DNA of 64,000 bases from Nevskiales bacterium (GTDB lineage: Bacteria; Pseudomonadota; Gammaproteobacteria; Nevskiales; JBOICV01): NCBI GenBank assembly GCA_050740255.1, contig JBOICV010000164.1:15035-79034 (forward strand), read 5' to 3'. The notes below the pieces were generated by a model. It searched no databases and was not told where the DNA came from. It worked only from the letters and a program-made list of their open reading frames with translations. Positions 25,465-36,400 of this stretch are shown here, in pieces (the stretch's first letter is position 1; every line of letters begins with the position of its first letter). Both the position numbers and the translations under genes were made by a program.

Positions 25465-25662
25465 TTGGCGCAGGCATCGCCGGTTGTGCGTTGCACAAGC
25501 TCGATGGGTGCACTAGGATGCGCAACAATGCTTTGCAGCGCTGGCGGTCGCACTGTTATTGCGCTATAAGACCGTTCAAGCTGGCGGACACGAAAGAGGT
25601 TCGCCGATCGCCCGGGGAATTTTCGGCTGGATAATGCTCATTCGAGCAACAGGAGAGAAGAC

Positions 25663-26496
25663 ATGCGTGATGCAAAAAGGATAGTCGCCGGGCTGTTGCT
25701 CGGTGCGGGGGGGTTAGCTTGCGGCCAGGCCTTTGCTGATACCACGGGTACAGTGGCGGCCACCAGCGAATATCTATTCCGCGGTGTGGAGCAGGAAAAC
25801 GGCGCCGCCGTGCAGGGCAGCCTGACCTGGAATAATCCCGGCGGCTTTTATGTGGGCGCCTGGGCTTCCAACGCAGCAATTGCCGGCGGCAACGAGCTGG
25901 ATATTTACGGCGGCTGGACCACGGAGTTGGGCAACGGCCTGAGTTTGGACCTCGGTGTGATTTACTACCTGTACTCTGAAGCCGAGGAAACGCCGGGCAG
26001 CAATAGCCTCGATTACCCGGAAGTGTACGCTGGGCTGTCGTTCGGTGGCCTGAGCGGGAAGGTATTCTATGCAGCCGACATCAACGACGAAGCCAGCGAG
26101 GCCGGCACTTGCCAGGCCAATCTGGCCGCTCTGGGTTTTGTCGGGGCGAGCTGCAATAACGATCAGGAAGGCATTTACGCAACGCTCAGCTACGCGCTCA
26201 CCGTGAAAGAGGGCTTGGATCTGACTTTCCAGGTGGGCCATAGCACTGGCGACGGCGTGGAGAATTTGATGGCCGCCGGTTTCTATACTGGCTCTGGCCC
26301 CGGTAATCTGAATGCGGGCGACGACGACAGCTACACCGACTACAGCATCACGCTGTCGAAGGATCTGGGCAATGGCATGGGCGCGAGCTTCGCCTTTGTT
26401 GATACCGATCTTGAAGCGGTTGATGGCACCGGCAACACCGTATTTGAAGACGATGGTAAGTTCGTAGTGTCCTTCAGCAAGGAATTTGCGCTGTAA
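25663..26496 (+). CDS. TorF-family putative porin (TIGR02001-like), copy 1
   Basis: 277 aa. Signal peptide, then the family N-terminal signature ATSEYLFRGVEQ..AVQGSL, and later DYPEVYAGL. Confidence 0.8.
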   Translation: MRDAKRIVAGLLLGAGGLACGQAFADTTGTVAATSEYLFRGVEQENGAAVQGSLTWNNPGGFYVGAWASNAAIAGGNELDIYGGWTTELGNGLSLDLGVIYYLYSEAEETPGSNSLDYPEVYAGLSFGGLSGKVFYAADINDEASEAGTCQANLAALGFVGASCNNDQEGIYATLSYALTVKEGLDLTFQVGHSTGDGVENLMAAGFYTGSGPGNLNAGDDDSYTDYSITLSKDLGNGMGASFAFVDTDLEAVDGTGNTVFEDDGKFVVSFSKEFAL

Positions 26497-26522
26497 ATAA
26501 CGCAGCATCTGGTTTGGAGAAG

Positions 26523-26561
26523 GCGGGCCCCACCGAAAGTGTGGGCCCGCTTTTCTTTTTT
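26523..26561 (+). terminator. rho-independent terminator
   Basis: GCGGGCCCCAC .. GTGGGCCCGC stem (one bulge) followed by TTTTCTTTTTT. Confidence 0.65.
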
Positions 26562-26578
26562 GTCGCTCTGGCGCACAA

Positions 26579-26715
26579 GATTCCCGCCCTTCGACAAGCT
26601 CAGGACAGGCCCCCGCGGGAATGACGGTAGTTCATTATCTTTGACGTCATTCCGGAAGTTGCGCAGCAACTATCCGGAATCTTTAACGCACAAGATTCCT
26701 GCGTTTGCGCGGATG
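26579..26715. repeat. mosaic of three REP/MITE-like elements
   Basis: TTCCCGC..TTCGACAAGCTCAGGACAGG..GCGGGAATGAC (core at 26590-26609); ATTCCGGA..GTTGC-GCA-GCAAC..TCCGGAAT (26649-26680); and a truncated third copy sharing CGCACAAGATTCC with the first. Confidence 0.85.
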
Positions 26716-26788
26716 ACCGTATATGCGGACGGTTGCACGCCGTAAGACGCTATGCGATGTTTAGTTCACGCCGTGTTGGGGAGACATC

Positions 26789-27508
26789 ATGAAGCACGCA
26801 AAGCTGCTGGCCGCTGTGCTGGTCTTGTTCAGTGCGCCGGCGCTGGCCCAGGTCAGCGGCAATATCACCGCCATCAGTGAGTACATGTTCCGCGGCGTCG
26901 CCCAGGAGGGCGGCGCGGCGCTGCAGGGCAGCCTGGACTATAGCCGCGAAGACGGCTGGTATTCGGGCGTCTGGGGTTCCAATTGCAGCGAATGCGGCGG
27001 CAACGAAATTGACTTTTACGGCGGCTGGACGGGTGAAGTCGGCCGTGGCGTAACGCTCGATGCCGGCGTGGTCTATTACCTGTTTACCGAGGACGCAGAA
27101 GTCAGCGGCGCGCCGGACATCGACTATCCGGAAATCTATCTCGGCGCCGGCTATGACGGCTTGAGCGGCACGCTTTACTACAGCAATAAGCTGGTGGACG
27201 AATTGAGCGACATCCCGGGCAGCGACCAGACGGGGTTTTATTTCACCGCGGATTACACCCATGCGCTGCGCGAGGGCCTGGAATTGGTGTTGCAGGTGGG
27301 GCGCAGTTGGGGCGATGGTGTTGACGCCGTCTTAGGCGACGCCTACACCGATTACAGCGTCACCGTGGTAAAAACGCTGGACGACGGCTTCAGCCTCAGC
27401 GCCGCGGTAATCGATACCGACCTGGACGCTGATGCCACCGCCACGACACCGGCCAGGGAGGACGACCCCAAGTTTGTGGTGGGTTTGAGCAAGGATTTTG
27501 CGTTTTAA
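26789..27508 (+). CDS. TorF-family putative porin, copy 2
   Basis: 239 aa. Signal peptide, signature AISEYMFRGVAQ..ALQGSL, DYPEIYLGA, C-terminal ..SKDFAF. Confidence 0.8.
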   Translation: MKHAKLLAAVLVLFSAPALAQVSGNITAISEYMFRGVAQEGGAALQGSLDYSREDGWYSGVWGSNCSECGGNEIDFYGGWTGEVGRGVTLDAGVVYYLFTEDAEVSGAPDIDYPEIYLGAGYDGLSGTLYYSNKLVDELSDIPGSDQTGFYFTADYTHALREGLELVLQVGRSWGDGVDAVLGDAYTDYSVTVVKTLDDGFSLSAAVIDTDLDADATATTPAREDDPKFVVGLSKDFAF

Positions 27509-27656
27509 GTTATTCGCGTGGGGTGAAGCCCTGAAGCTGGATGCGTTCGCGCCGGTCCGCGTGCAGTGGCTGGAGGAAGATTTTTTCCGGCGGTAATCGG
27601 CGGCAGAAGCAAGGCCCGCCAATCCTCGAAGCACAAGCCGGCGTGTTCGGCCGGGC

Positions 27657-30600
27657 TCATCCCTCATCCGCCTGAACCACCAGCAAATCCTGCCCCGCCG
27701 CCACGGCGCCGCCTTCCTTGCAGAACAGATGCGTCAGGATGCCGTCGCAGGGCGCGGCCAGGGAGAATTCCATTTTCATGGATTCGACGACGACCAGGGT
27801 TTGGCCCTGTTTTACGGCGTCGCCCACCCGGGCTTCTAGCCTCCACACGCTGCCGGCGACAGGGGTTGTCACCGGGCGCGCGTGTTCGGGCAGCTCCAGT
27901 TCGCGCTCGACGCCCGCCGCCGCCAGCGTCAGGTCGTTGGCGACCACGTCCTGTCCGGCGGCCTTCCAGCGTTCGCGCTCAGCTTCGAAAGCGGCCTGCT
28001 GGCGGGCCCTGAACTCGCCGATGGAAGCGGCGTTGGCCTCCAGGAAGAGGCGGTAGTCCTTGAGGCGGAAGCGGGCGGCTTCCAGCTTCAAGCGGAATCT
28101 GCCGCTGGCGAAATCCTCGCGCAGCTTGAGCAGCTCCGCCTCGCCCACCGGGTAGAAGCGCAGCTGGTCGAAGAAGCGCAGCAACCACGGTTGCGTGAAG
28201 TCGGCCGTGCGGCGGTGGCGGTTCCACATTTGCACCGTGCGGCCGACGAACTGGTAGCCGCCAGGCCCTTCCATGCCATACACGCAGAGATAGGCGCCGC
28301 CGATGGCCACGGCATTCTCCGGGGTCCACGTGCGGGCCGGGTTGTACTTGGTGGTGACCAGCCGATGGCGCGGGTCCAGCGGCGTCGCCACCGGCGCGCC
28401 GAGGTACACGTCGCCCAGGCCCATGACCAGGTAGCTGGCATCGAACACCACCCGGTACACGTCCTCGGTGGATGCCAGCCCGTTGATGCGGCGAATGAAC
28501 TCGATGTTGCTTGGACACCAGGGCGCATCGGGCCGCACCGACTGCATGTACTTGTCGATCGCCAGCCGGGTCGCCGGGTCGTCCCAGGACAGGGGTAGAT
28601 GGACGATGCGCGATGCCACCTCCATGTCGTCGAGACTGGGCAATCCCGCTTCCAGCGCCACGATTTTTTCGATCAATTCGTCCTGATCGGCGAGGCGGGG
28701 ATCGAAGTGGATTTGCAGCGAGCGGATGCCGGGCGTGAGGTCGAGCACCCCCCCGATCCTCCCGGCGCCGATTTCGTCCCGCAGCGCCTGCATCAGCGCG
28801 TGGATGCGAAAACGCAGTGCGAGATCGAGCACCGGCGGACCCATTTCGATCAGCAGGTTCGCGTCGCCCGATTGCCGGATCACCAAGGCGGGCCTCTCGT
28901 CCTCCCGTTCAAGCTGGCGCAGTACCGGCGTGCCGAGGAGGGCGTGTGCCACCGGCAAGCTGGCGAATGCCGGCGCGGGCGAGTGAAGGCCGGCGATGGC
29001 CGCGTCCTGGGCGGCTTGCAGGGCACGCGCCTGCGCGCCGGTGAGACGCTTGAAGCGAACCGTGGCGCCCGGCTTCAATTGACCCAGCTTCCACAACTCG
29101 GCCTGAACGATGCAGGCGGGGCAGACGAAACCGCCCAGGCTGGGTCCGTCGGGACCGAGGATGACCGGCATGTCGCCGGTGAAATTGACGGCGCCGATGG
29201 CATAGGCGTTGTCGTGGATATTCGAAGGATGCAGCCCCGCCTCACCGCCGTGCGCGCGCGCCCACTGCGGCCTGGGGCCGATCAGGCGGACCCCGGTTCG
29301 GGAGGAGTTGTAGTGCACTTCCCAGGCGGTGGCGAAGAAGCTCGCGATGTCGGCCTCGGTGAAAAAATCCGGCGCGCCATGGGGGCCGTACAGCACGCCG
29401 ATTTCCCAAGCGTCGCTCAGCGTCGGTTGCAGTCGGGCGTCCAGCTCGCTCACGCTTCCGTGTCGCTCGACGGGGATACGGGCTGTGATGTGCAACACGT
29501 CACCGCTACGCAGAGTGCGCCCGCCATGGCCGCCGAACTGGCCGAGGGTGAAGGTGGATTTGGAGCCGAGGGTGTCGGGCACCTCGAAGCCTCCGGCTAC
29601 GGCCAGGTAGCTGCGCAGCCCGGCGCCCTGCACGGCGCCCAGCTTGAGCACGCTGCCCGCCGGCACCGGATGGGCCTGCCATCCGGCCACGGGCGTGCCA
29701 TCCAGGGTGGCCTGCAGGGCCGCGCCGCCGAGGGCGATCAGGCTATCGCAATTGAAGCGCAAGCTCGGTCCGGCTGCCGTGAGTTCCAGCGCCGCGGCCC
29801 CTTCACGGTTGCCCACCAGCCGGTTGGCCAGACGCATGGACAAGTTGTCCATCGGGCCGGACGGCGGCACGCCCACATCCCAATAGCCTTGCCGTCCCGG
29901 CCAGTCCTGGATGCTCGACTGCAAGCCGGGCTCCAGCACGTCGGCGGTCGCCGGCCGGTAGCGGAAGCCGTCCAGCATGCGGGTGGTCTGGCGGCCGGCG
30001 ATGAAGTCCGGACTGGCCAGCACCTGGGCCAGGTAAGCCAGGTTGGTTTCGATGCCGGCCACGGTGCTGGCCTGCAACGCAGCGATCAGCTTGGCGCGCG
30101 CCGCCTCGCGAGTCGCGCCGTGGGCGATGAGCTTGGCCAGCAGCGGGTCGTAGTTGGGCGGCACCTCGGTGCCGGCCTCGACCCAGCCGTCGACACGTAT
30201 TCCGTCCGGGTAGGCCACGGCGCTGAGCAGGCCTGTCGACGGCTGAAAATTCTTGTTGGGATCTTCAGCGTAGAGGCGGACCTGGATCGCCGCACCGTGC
30301 GGTTCGATGACGAAGCTGTCGAGCGCCGGCAACTCGCCGGCGGCCAGGCACACCATCCACTCCACCAGGTCCACGCCGGTCACGGCTTCGGTGACGCCAT
30401 GCTCCACCTGCAAACGGGTGTTCACTTCGAGGAAATAGAACGCGCCGGCGCCGACGTCATAGACGAATTCCACGGTACCGGCGGAGCGATAGTTCACCGC
30501 CTGGCCGAGCTTGACGGCGGTGGCCAGCAGAGCGGCGCGTTGCGCGTCGCTCAAGCCGGGTGCCGGCGTTTCCTCCACCACCTTCTGGTTGCGTCGCTGC

Positions 30601-31289
30601 ACCGAGCAATCGCGCTCGCCCAGGGCGATCACGCCGCCATGGCCGTCGCCGAAGATCTGTACTTCGATGTGGCGCGCGTGCTCGACGTATTTTTCGAGAT
30701 AGCTGCCGGCTTGCTTGAAGTTGGCGCGGGCCAGGCGCTCGACGGTGGCGTAGGCTTGCGCCAGTTCGTCCTCGCTGCGGATCAGGCGCAGGCCGATGCC
30801 GCCGCCGCCGGCGGTGCTCTTCAGCATCAGCGGATAGCCGATGCGCCGCGCCTCGGCGGCGGCATGGCCGGCGTCGGCCAGCAGGCCGGACCCCGGCAGC
30901 AGCGGCACGCCATTTTCTTCGGCCAGTTGCCGCGCCGTATGCTTGAGGCCGAAGTCGCGCATGTGCTGCGCCGCCGGGCCGATGAAGACAATGCCGGCAG
31001 CAGCGCAGGCGTCGGCGAAATCCGGGTTCTCGGAGAGGAAGCCGTAGCCCGGGTGGATAGCCTGGGCACCGCAGGCCTGGGCGATTTCAAGAATCCGGTC
31101 GGCCCTCAGATAACTTTCGCTGGCCGGGGCCGGGCCCAGCAGGTAAGCCTCGCCGGCCTGCCGCACATGGCGGGCGCCGGCGTCGGCGGCGGAATACACC
31201 GCCACCGACGCCACGCCCAAGCGGTCGAGAGTGCGCTGGATGCGGCAGGCGATGGCGCCGCGATTGGCGATCAGGACTTTGCTGAACAT
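27657..31289 (-). CDS. urea carboxylase / guanidine carboxylase (biotin carboxylase + KipA/KipI-like carboxyltransferase + biotinyl domain)
   Basis: 1210 aa. N-terminal [19 protein letters not shown]-grasp biotin carboxylase, central allophanate-hydrolase-subunit-like domains, C-terminal biotin attachment VESMKME. The substrate (urea vs guanidine) cannot be read from sequence by eye. Confidence 0.95.
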   Translation of the reverse strand: MFSKVLIANRGAIACRIQRTLDRLGVASVAVYSAADAGARHVRQAGEAYLLGPAPASESYLRADRILEIAQACGAQAIHPGYGFLSENPDFADACAAAGIVFIGPAAQHMRDFGLKHTARQLAEENGVPLLPGSGLLADAGHAAAEARRIGYPLMLKSTAGGGGIGLRLIRSEDELAQAYATVERLARANFKQAGSYLEKYVEHARHIEVQIFGDGHGGVIALGERDCSVQRRNQKVVEETPAPGLSDAQRAALLATAVKLGQAVNYRSAGTVEFVYDVGAGAFYFLEVNTRLQVEHGVTEAVTGVDLVEWMVCLAAGELPALDSFVIEPHGAAIQVRLYAEDPNKNFQPSTGLLSAVAYPDGIRVDGWVEAGTEVPPNYDPLLAKLIAHGATREAARAKLIAALQASTVAGIETNLAYLAQVLASPDFIAGRQTTRMLDGFRYRPATADVLEPGLQSSIQDWPGRQGYWDVGVPPSGPMDNLSMRLANRLVGNREGAAALELTAAGPSLRFNCDSLIALGGAALQATLDGTPVAGWQAHPVPAGSVLKLGAVQGAGLRSYLAVAGGFEVPDTLGSKSTFTLGQFGGHGGRTLRSGDVLHITARIPVERHGSVSELDARLQPTLSDAWEIGVLYGPHGAPDFFTEADIASFFATAWEVHYNSSRTGVRLIGPRPQWARAHGGEAGLHPSNIHDNAYAIGAVNFTGDMPVILGPDGPSLGGFVCPACIVQAELWKLGQLKPGATVRFKRLTGAQARALQAAQDAAIAGLHSPAPAFASLPVAHALLGTPVLRQLEREDERPALVIRQSGDANLLIEMGPPVLDLALRFRIHALMQALRDEIGAGRIGGVLDLTPGIRSLQIHFDPRLADQDELIEKIVALEAGLPSLDDMEVASRIVHLPLSWDDPATRLAIDKYMQSVRPDAPWCPSNIEFIRRINGLASTEDVYRVVFDASYLVMGLGDVYLGAPVATPLDPRHRLVTTKYNPARTWTPENAVAIGGAYLCVYGMEGPGGYQFVGRTVQMWNRHRRTADFTQPWLLRFFDQLRFYPVGEAELLKLREDFASGRFRLKLEAARFRLKDYRLFLEANAASIGEFRARQQAAFEAERERWKAAGQDVVANDLTLAAAGVERELELPEHARPVTTPVAGSVWRLEARVGDAVKQGQTLVVVESMKMEFSLAAPCDGILTHLFCKEGGAVAAGQDLLVVQADEG

Positions 31290-31305
31290 CGATTACCGGT
31301 GCGGG

Positions 31306-31971
31306 TTACGGCGCATCCCACAACAGAAACCGCACCGGGGTCGGGTTGTAGGCATTGCAGGGATTGTTGAGCTGCGGGCAGTTGGAGGCGAGCAGCCACA
31401 GGTCCATCTCGGCGCGCAGTTCCACATACTTGCCCGGCGCGGAGACGCCGTCCGCGAAACTGAGTTCGCCCGCCGCTGTCACCGGCACGTTCATGAAGAA
31501 GTTGATGTTGGGCACCAGGTCGCGCTTGCCGATGCCGATGTCGGCGTGCTGCAGGGCGGTCAGGAAATTGTCGCGGCAACTGTGCATGAACTTTTTCTGC
31601 AAGGCGTAGCGCACCGAATTGCTCTCGGCGGCACAGGCTCCGCCGAGCGTGTCATGACGCCCGCAGGTATCGGCGACGAGGGTCAGCATCAGCTTGCCGT
31701 CGTTGCTGTACAGCGCCGAATCCGTGGTCAGGTAGATGCCGCCCTGGCGCAGCAGGGTTTGCGTCGCGCTGTAGTGTTCGGCCGGGTCGTGCCGGTTGTA
31801 GAACAGCGCGTCCACCGCCTGGTTGCCTTCCAGGTCGACGATGCGCACGGTCTGCCCGCGCCCGATCTCGAGCAGGTAAGGCTCGCCGGCGGGCAGGGTG
31901 TGGTCGAGCACGGCGGCGGCGGGGTCGAAGCGGCTTTCGCGGATGCGGATGGCCGCGCTGGCATCGGTCAT
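31306..31971 (-). CDS. urea-amidolyase-associated protein UAAP2 (DUF1989; carboxyguanidine deiminase subunit-like)
   Basis: 221 aa. Paralogous by eye to the upstream 270-aa protein, in the canonical position immediately upstream of the carboxylase. Confidence 0.8.
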   Translation of the reverse strand: MTDASAAIRIRESRFDPAAAVLDHTLPAGEPYLLEIGRGQTVRIVDLEGNQAVDALFYNRHDPAEHYSATQTLLRQGGIYLTTDSALYSNDGKLMLTLVADTCGRHDTLGGACAAESNSVRYALQKKFMHSCRDNFLTALQHADIGIGKRDLVPNINFFMNVPVTAAGELSFADGVSAPGKYVELRAEMDLWLLASNCPQLNNPCNAYNPTPVRFLLWDAP

Positions 31972-31980
31972 GGCAGTTCT

Positions 31981-32793
31981 CTATCCGATGAGATAAAGCA
32001 TTTCGGCGTTGTGGATGGCGCGGGCGTTCTCGGGACGGAAGCCGCGGCAGTAATCGTCTTTCGGCGCCGGTCCGGAGCGCCAGGCCGCCAGGCCGACCGG
32101 CTTCGGCGCGTAGGCGGGCGACGGATCGAGCGGGTGCGGCGCGGTCGAACAGGCGAGCAGCACGTCCATCTCGAAGCGCAGTTCCACATGATCGCCGGGC
32201 TGGCTGTGATCGGGAACGAAATGGAAACGCCCTTCGCCGTCCACGCTCACCTTGGAGAAGAAATTCACCGGCGCCGTCAGGTCGCGCTTGCCCAAGCCGT
32301 ACTTGCCCAGTTCGATCAGCAGGCCGTCGCGCCCGGAGCGGTACATGCCGTTGCGCGCCGCCTGGTAGTTGCGCACGCCATATTTGCGCTGCATCGAGCC
32401 GGCGTCCAGCAGCAGGCCCAGGGGGTCGTGCCAGCCCAGCGTATCGGCGGTGATCGAGGCCAGGGCGCGACCCATGTCGCTCATCAGCACGTGGCCGCGA
32501 GTGTAGTGGGCCGTGTGCTGTGCCTTGAGCGAGTCCGGCATGTTGTAGCGCTCCAGCTTTTCGCGCGCCGAGTACAACACCAGGCTGATGTTGGCGCCGG
32601 CTGCCAGCGCCGTCAGGCGCAGCGTGGTGCCGCGCGCCAGCAGATACGACCAGTGGCCGCCGCCGGGAACTCGCTCGGAGAACAGCACCGACCCGGCCGC
32701 CAGGTCGGGCGCGAAACTGCGCCAGTGTTCCGGCGCATCCACCGGCGCGCTCGGGGGCGGATTTTGCGGAGTGAATTCAGCCGGGGTTTGCAT
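31981..32793 (-). CDS. urea-amidolyase-associated protein UAAP1 (DUF1989; carboxyguanidine deiminase subunit-like)
   Basis: 270 aa, in the canonical UAAP1-UAAP2-carboxylase order. Confidence 0.8.
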   Translation of the reverse strand: MQTPAEFTPQNPPPSAPVDAPEHWRSFAPDLAAGSVLFSERVPGGGHWSYLLARGTTLRLTALAAGANISLVLYSAREKLERYNMPDSLKAQHTAHYTRGHVLMSDMGRALASITADTLGWHDPLGLLLDAGSMQRKYGVRNYQAARNGMYRSGRDGLLIELGKYGLGKRDLTAPVNFFSKVSVDGEGRFHFVPDHSQPGDHVELRFEMDVLLACSTAPHPLDPSPAYAPKPVGLAAWRSGPAPKDDYCRGFRPENARAIHNAEMLYLIG

Positions 32794-33298
32794 GATGTTC
32801 CACGTTCGAAGAGCGCTTGGCGCGGGTGGCGGAAAGGGCAGTCGCCGGCAGCGGATGCAGGGGCGGCATCATGGCCGCCAGTAGCTGCAGCTGGCCGGTC
32901 ACCACGCCGCGCAGCGTGATCATATCGTTGGCGATGTCGCGCAAGCGTTTGGCAGGACCCTGGATCAGGATCACTTCCAGCAACTGGTCCTCGCTCAGAT
33001 GCACATGCAAGGAACTGATCACCTCGTCGAGATGGCGGTATTGGAGATCGGCCAGCTTCTTTAGCAAGCCCCGGGTGAGGCGGTCGTAGAGCAGCGTGAC
33101 GGTGCCCACCATGACGTGGTTGCCCAGTTCGCGCTTGTGCTCGGCCAACTGGTAGTTGACCATCTCGCCGATGGCCTGCGAGCGGCTGCCATAGCCGCGG
33201 CTCTGCACCATCCGGTCCAATTCCGCGAGCAGGTCTGGCGGCAGCGAGATGCTGATGCGGCTCACCAGGCGGTTGCTTGCATGCTTTTTTTTTGGCAT
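32777..33298 (-). CDS. NikR-family ribbon-helix-helix regulator with a degenerate metal site
   Basis: ATG 33298 within ORF 32777..33673. The N-terminus SRISISLPPDLLAELDRMVQSRGYGSRSQAIGEMV matches the NikR RHH (E. coli RVTITLDDDLLETLD..RGYNNRSEAIRD). The C-domain has SLHVHLSEDQLLEV versus E. coli [14 protein letters not shown]. The 3' end overlaps the UAAP1 start by 17 nt. Confidence 0.8.
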   Translation of the reverse strand: MPKKKHASNRLVSRISISLPPDLLAELDRMVQSRGYGSRSQAIGEMVNYQLAEHKRELGNHVMVGTVTLLYDRLTRGLLKKLADLQYRHLDEVISSLHVHLSEDQLLEVILIQGPAKRLRDIANDMITLRGVVTGQLQLLAAMMPPLHPLPATALSATRAKRSSNVEHHANPG

Positions 33299-33308
33299 TC
33301 CGTCCCCG

Positions 33309-34670
33309 CTAAAACAGGTAACTGTAGCGTTCGATCTCCCACTGGCTGACGCTGAGGTGATACGCCTCCCATTCCTCGGTTTTATAACGAATGAATTCGT
33401 CGCGCAATTCCTTGCCCAAGGTCGCTTGCACCAGTGGGTCGGCGGCGAAGGCGGCCACCGCCTCCTGCAGCGTCTGCGGCAGGAACTCGATGCCGCGGGC
33501 TTGGCGCTGTTCCTCGCTGATGGCATAGAGGTTGTCTTCGTTCGGGTTGCCCGGATCGAGTTTTTCGCGGATGCCTTCGAGTCCCGCCGCCAGCACCAGC
33601 GTCGCGGCGAGGTAGGGGTTGACCGCGCCGTCGGCGTTGCGCGACTCGCAGCGCCCACCGCCGGCCGGAACACGCACCGAGTTGGTCCGGTTGTTGGAAC
33701 CGTAGGAGTTGAACACGGGAGCCCACGAGTAGTAGCTCATCGCGCCGCGCCGCACCAGGCGCTTGTAGCTGTTTACCGTGGGGGCGAACACCGCGCACAG
33801 CGCGCGGCCGTGCTTGAGCATGCCGGCGATGAACTGGTAGCCCAGGGGCGTGAGCCCGATGCCGCGCCGGTCCTCCTGCGGGTCGCAGGCGAACAGGTTG
33901 CGGCCGCTGCCCGGATCGTAGAGCGACAGGTTGAAGTGGGCGCCGTTGCCGGTCTTGTCGGCGAAGGGCTTGGGCATCATGGTGGCGAGCAGGCCCTGTT
34001 CCCTGGCGTAGTGCTTGGCCATGAAGCGGAAGAAGATCAGGCGGTCGCAGGTGGTCAGGGCATCGGCATAGTTGAAGTCGAACTCGAACTGGCCGTTGGC
34101 GTCTTCGTGATCGAAGGAATACAGATCCCAACCCAGGCCGTTGATGGCCGTCGCCATCTGGTCCAACCACGGAAAGCTATTGGTGAAACCGCGCAGGTCG
34201 TAGCAAGGCTTGGTGAGCTTGTCATCGGCATCCGGCACCGACAGGCTGCCGTCGGCATGTTGCTTCAGCAGGAAGATCTCGCACTCGATGCCGAGGTTCA
34301 TGCCGAAGCCCATTTGTGCCGCTCGCGCCAACTGGCTTTGCAGCGCCACCCGGGTGTTGAGCGGATAGGGCCGGCCCTGGTAATGGTTGTCGGCGGGAAT
34401 CCAGGCGATCTTGGGCTCCCAGGGCAACTGGATCAGGCGGCTGAAATCCGGGACCGAGGTTATTTCGTCGTCATTGGGCGCCTGGCCCAGACCGTCCAGC
34501 GCATAGCCGGTGTAGCGCTCGGAACCGTGCGCCATAGCTTGCAGATGTTCGATGGGAACCACCTTGGCCTTGGGTATGCCGTGGATATCGACGTAGGCAC
34601 CGATGCAGTACTTGACCCCCTTTTCGGACAGCTCTTGCTGCAGGCGGGAGACAGCATCGATGGCGGACAT
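33309..34670 (-). CDS. glutamine-synthetase-family ligase (GlnA-like / gamma-glutamyl-amine ligase type)
   Basis: 453 aa. GS beta-grasp N-domain and catalytic-domain motifs (ECEFFL-like [22 protein letters not shown]). Confidence 0.85.
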   Translation of the reverse strand: MSAIDAVSRLQQELSEKGVKYCIGAYVDIHGIPKAKVVPIEHLQAMAHGSERYTGYALDGLGQAPNDDEITSVPDFSRLIQLPWEPKIAWIPADNHYQGRPYPLNTRVALQSQLARAAQMGFGMNLGIECEIFLLKQHADGSLSVPDADDKLTKPCYDLRGFTNSFPWLDQMATAINGLGWDLYSFDHEDANGQFEFDFNYADALTTCDRLIFFRFMAKHYAREQGLLATMMPKPFADKTGNGAHFNLSLYDPGSGRNLFACDPQEDRRGIGLTPLGYQFIAGMLKHGRALCAVFAPTVNSYKRLVRRGAMSYYSWAPVFNSYGSNNRTNSVRVPAGGGRCESRNADGAVNPYLAATLVLAAGLEGIREKLDPGNPNEDNLYAISEEQRQARGIEFLPQTLQEAVAAFAADPLVQATLGKELRDEFIRYKTEEWEAYHLSVSQWEIERYSYLF

Positions 34671-34698
34671 GGTCTTTCCTCAGGGGCATGCAAGCGGG

Positions 34699-35493
34699 TC
34701 AGAAATCGGCGGTTACCGAGGTAGCGTAGGGCTGGTCCAGCGGGGGGTTCTCGGCCATCCCACGGCGGACCAGGTCGCTCAAGTCCTCGACCAGCCAGTC
34801 GAACCAGCGCGCGCCTTTCTCGGCGGTGGCCAGGCTGGGCTGGCCGGTGACGCCGTTGCGGCTGCTGCGGTTGACCGGATGGGCGAAGACGCAGCCGCCG
34901 CTGCGATCGGGATCGTCGGCGGCGGCTAGCCGTTCGGGACGTACTCCGCCGGGCGCGATAGCCAGCATCAGCGAAGTCTCGGCATCGTTGGCATGCCAGT
35001 CGGCGGCATCGGCAAAAAAATGGAATTGGCGCACCCGCTCGCTGATGTTGGCGGTATCGATCACGGCCACCATCAAGTCGTCATGCTCGGCGCGCAACAT
35101 TTCCAGCGCGCAGCGCAGGGGCGCGGCATTGGTCACGTGGGCGTTGACGATGAACAGCCGGCGCACGCCGCTGTGATAGGCCCAGTCGCCGATCTGCTTG
35201 ACCAGTTCGATCAGGGTGATCGGCTGCACCGCGAGGGTGCCGGGCCAGCGTTGGCTATGACCGATGGAACAGCCGTAAGGCAAAGTGGGCAGCATCGGTA
35301 CGCCGGTTTTTTCGGCGACGGCGGCGCATAGGTGTTCGGCGATCACCGTGTCCACGCCGCAGCCCAGATGCGGGCCATGTTGTTCGGTGGCGCCGACCGG
35401 CAGCAGGGCAGCGTGTCCGACCCGCGCCAAAACCGCGGGTATCTCGGACCAGGTCAGATCGGACCAGCGCCGGGAGCTTGGCCTATTCGACAT
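34699..35493 (-). CDS. creatininase-family amidohydrolase
   Basis: 264 aa with the family motif [13 protein letters not shown] and downstream His/Asp/Glu metal ligands. Overlaps the ABC ATPase stop by 11 nt. Confidence 0.8.
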   Translation of the reverse strand: MSNRPSSRRWSDLTWSEIPAVLARVGHAALLPVGATEQHGPHLGCGVDTVIAEHLCAAVAEKTGVPMLPTLPYGCSIGHSQRWPGTLAVQPITLIELVKQIGDWAYHSGVRRLFIVNAHVTNAAPLRCALEMLRAEHDDLMVAVIDTANISERVRQFHFFADAADWHANDAETSLMLAIAPGGVRPERLAAADDPDRSGGCVFAHPVNRSSRNGVTGQPSLATAEKGARWFDWLVEDLSDLVRRGMAENPPLDQPYATSVTADF

Positions 35494-36397
35494 TGTCGTT
35501 GACGTCCGTGAGCCGGATCAGCTGCGGCTTGACCGTCGCGTCCTCTTCCGCATCGAAGCTGACCGGCGGATGGATCAGTTCTTCCAGGCGTGCCCTGGTG
35601 GCGCGGAATTCAGCAGAGTTGAACTGCGCCGGAGCGCGCGGCCGCGGTACCGGTACCTCGATGAATTCCTGCACCTCGCCCGGCTGCGCCTTGAGCACCA
35701 GGATGCGGTCCGCCAGATAGGCGGCTTCGTCGAGATCGTGGGTGATGAACAGCACCGTGATGTCGATGTTCTTCCAGATGTCGAGCAGGTGCGATTGCAT
35801 GCGCGCCCGGGTCTGCGCGTCGAGCGCGCCGAAGGGCTCATCCATGAGCAGGATGCGGGGCTGATTGACCAGGGCGCGGGCGATCGCCACTCGTTGCCGC
35901 ATGCCGCCCGACAATTGATGCGGATAGGCGTCGGCGAACTTCGACAGGCCGACCAGGTCCAGCCACAGCAGGGCGTCGCGCTCGGCCTCGTCGCGGCCGT
36001 AGCCGCTCGTCTGGGGACCGAACATCACGTTCTTCTTGACCGTGAGCCAGGGGAACAGGGAATAGCCCTGGAACACCATGCCGCGGTCGCGGCCCGCGCC
36101 AAGCACTGGCTTTCCGTCCAGCAACACCTCCCCCGAACTATGGCTTTCCAGGCCGGCGAGGATGCGGATCAGGGTGGACTTGCCGCAGCCCGAGGGCCCG
36201 ATCGCGCAGATGAATTCGCGGCGATGGATCTTGAAGCTGACGTTGCGCAAGGCGTCCACTGCTCCCTGGGACGAGACGAAACGCTTGTTGAGATCGCGCA
36301 CTTCGAGGATGACTTCGCGCCGGTGGATTTTTTCGAAGCGCGCCTTGACCGCATCCGACTGCTGCAGGTAGTGGGGCCGGGGCAGTTCCGCTTGCAT
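35483..36397 (-). CDS. ABC transporter ATP-binding protein (NitT/TauT nitrate/sulfonate/bicarbonate family)
   Basis: 304 aa. Walker [10 protein letters not shown], signature LSGGMRQR, Walker B LLMDEP. Confidence 0.9.
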   Translation of the reverse strand: MQAELPRPHYLQQSDAVKARFEKIHRREVILEVRDLNKRFVSSQGAVDALRNVSFKIHRREFICAIGPSGCGKSTLIRILAGLESHSSGEVLLDGKPVLGAGRDRGMVFQGYSLFPWLTVKKNVMFGPQTSGYGRDEAERDALLWLDLVGLSKFADAYPHQLSGGMRQRVAIARALVNQPRILLMDEPFGALDAQTRARMQSHLLDIWKNIDITVLFITHDLDEAAYLADRILVLKAQPGEVQEFIEVPVPRPRAPAQFNSAEFRATRARLEELIHPPVSFDAEEDATVKPQLIRLTDVNDNVE

Positions 36398-36400
36398 GGC

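Noticed and set aside
23408-27600. tRNA-Arg followed by accessory-looking genes (cytochrome c5, four OMP genes): a possible tRNA-targeted genomic island.
   Set aside because: No integrase or recombinase is present. I could not find a direct repeat of the tRNA 3' end downstream. Codon usage of the following genes looks host-like.
28599-31370. 923-codon ORF on the plus strand. Similar long ORFs lie at 16156-17991, 19630-21615, 31231-32919, 33249-34724, 35285-37126, 38665-39885 and 45627-46865.
   Set aside because: All lie antisense to confidently assigned genes (carboxylase, DUF1329, DUF1302, UAAPs, GS-like, ABC genes, allophanate hydrolase, amtB). Their products are Arg/Ala/Gly/His-rich low-information sequence with no motifs. 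This is the usual stop-codon depletion on the antisense strand of high-GC3 genes.
33299-33673. 125-codon upstream extension of the NikR-like ORF (ORF track 32777..33673).
   Set aside because: It overlaps the 3' end of the GS-like gene out of frame and is Arg/Ser/Thr-rich filler. The RHH domain begins right after ATG 33298.
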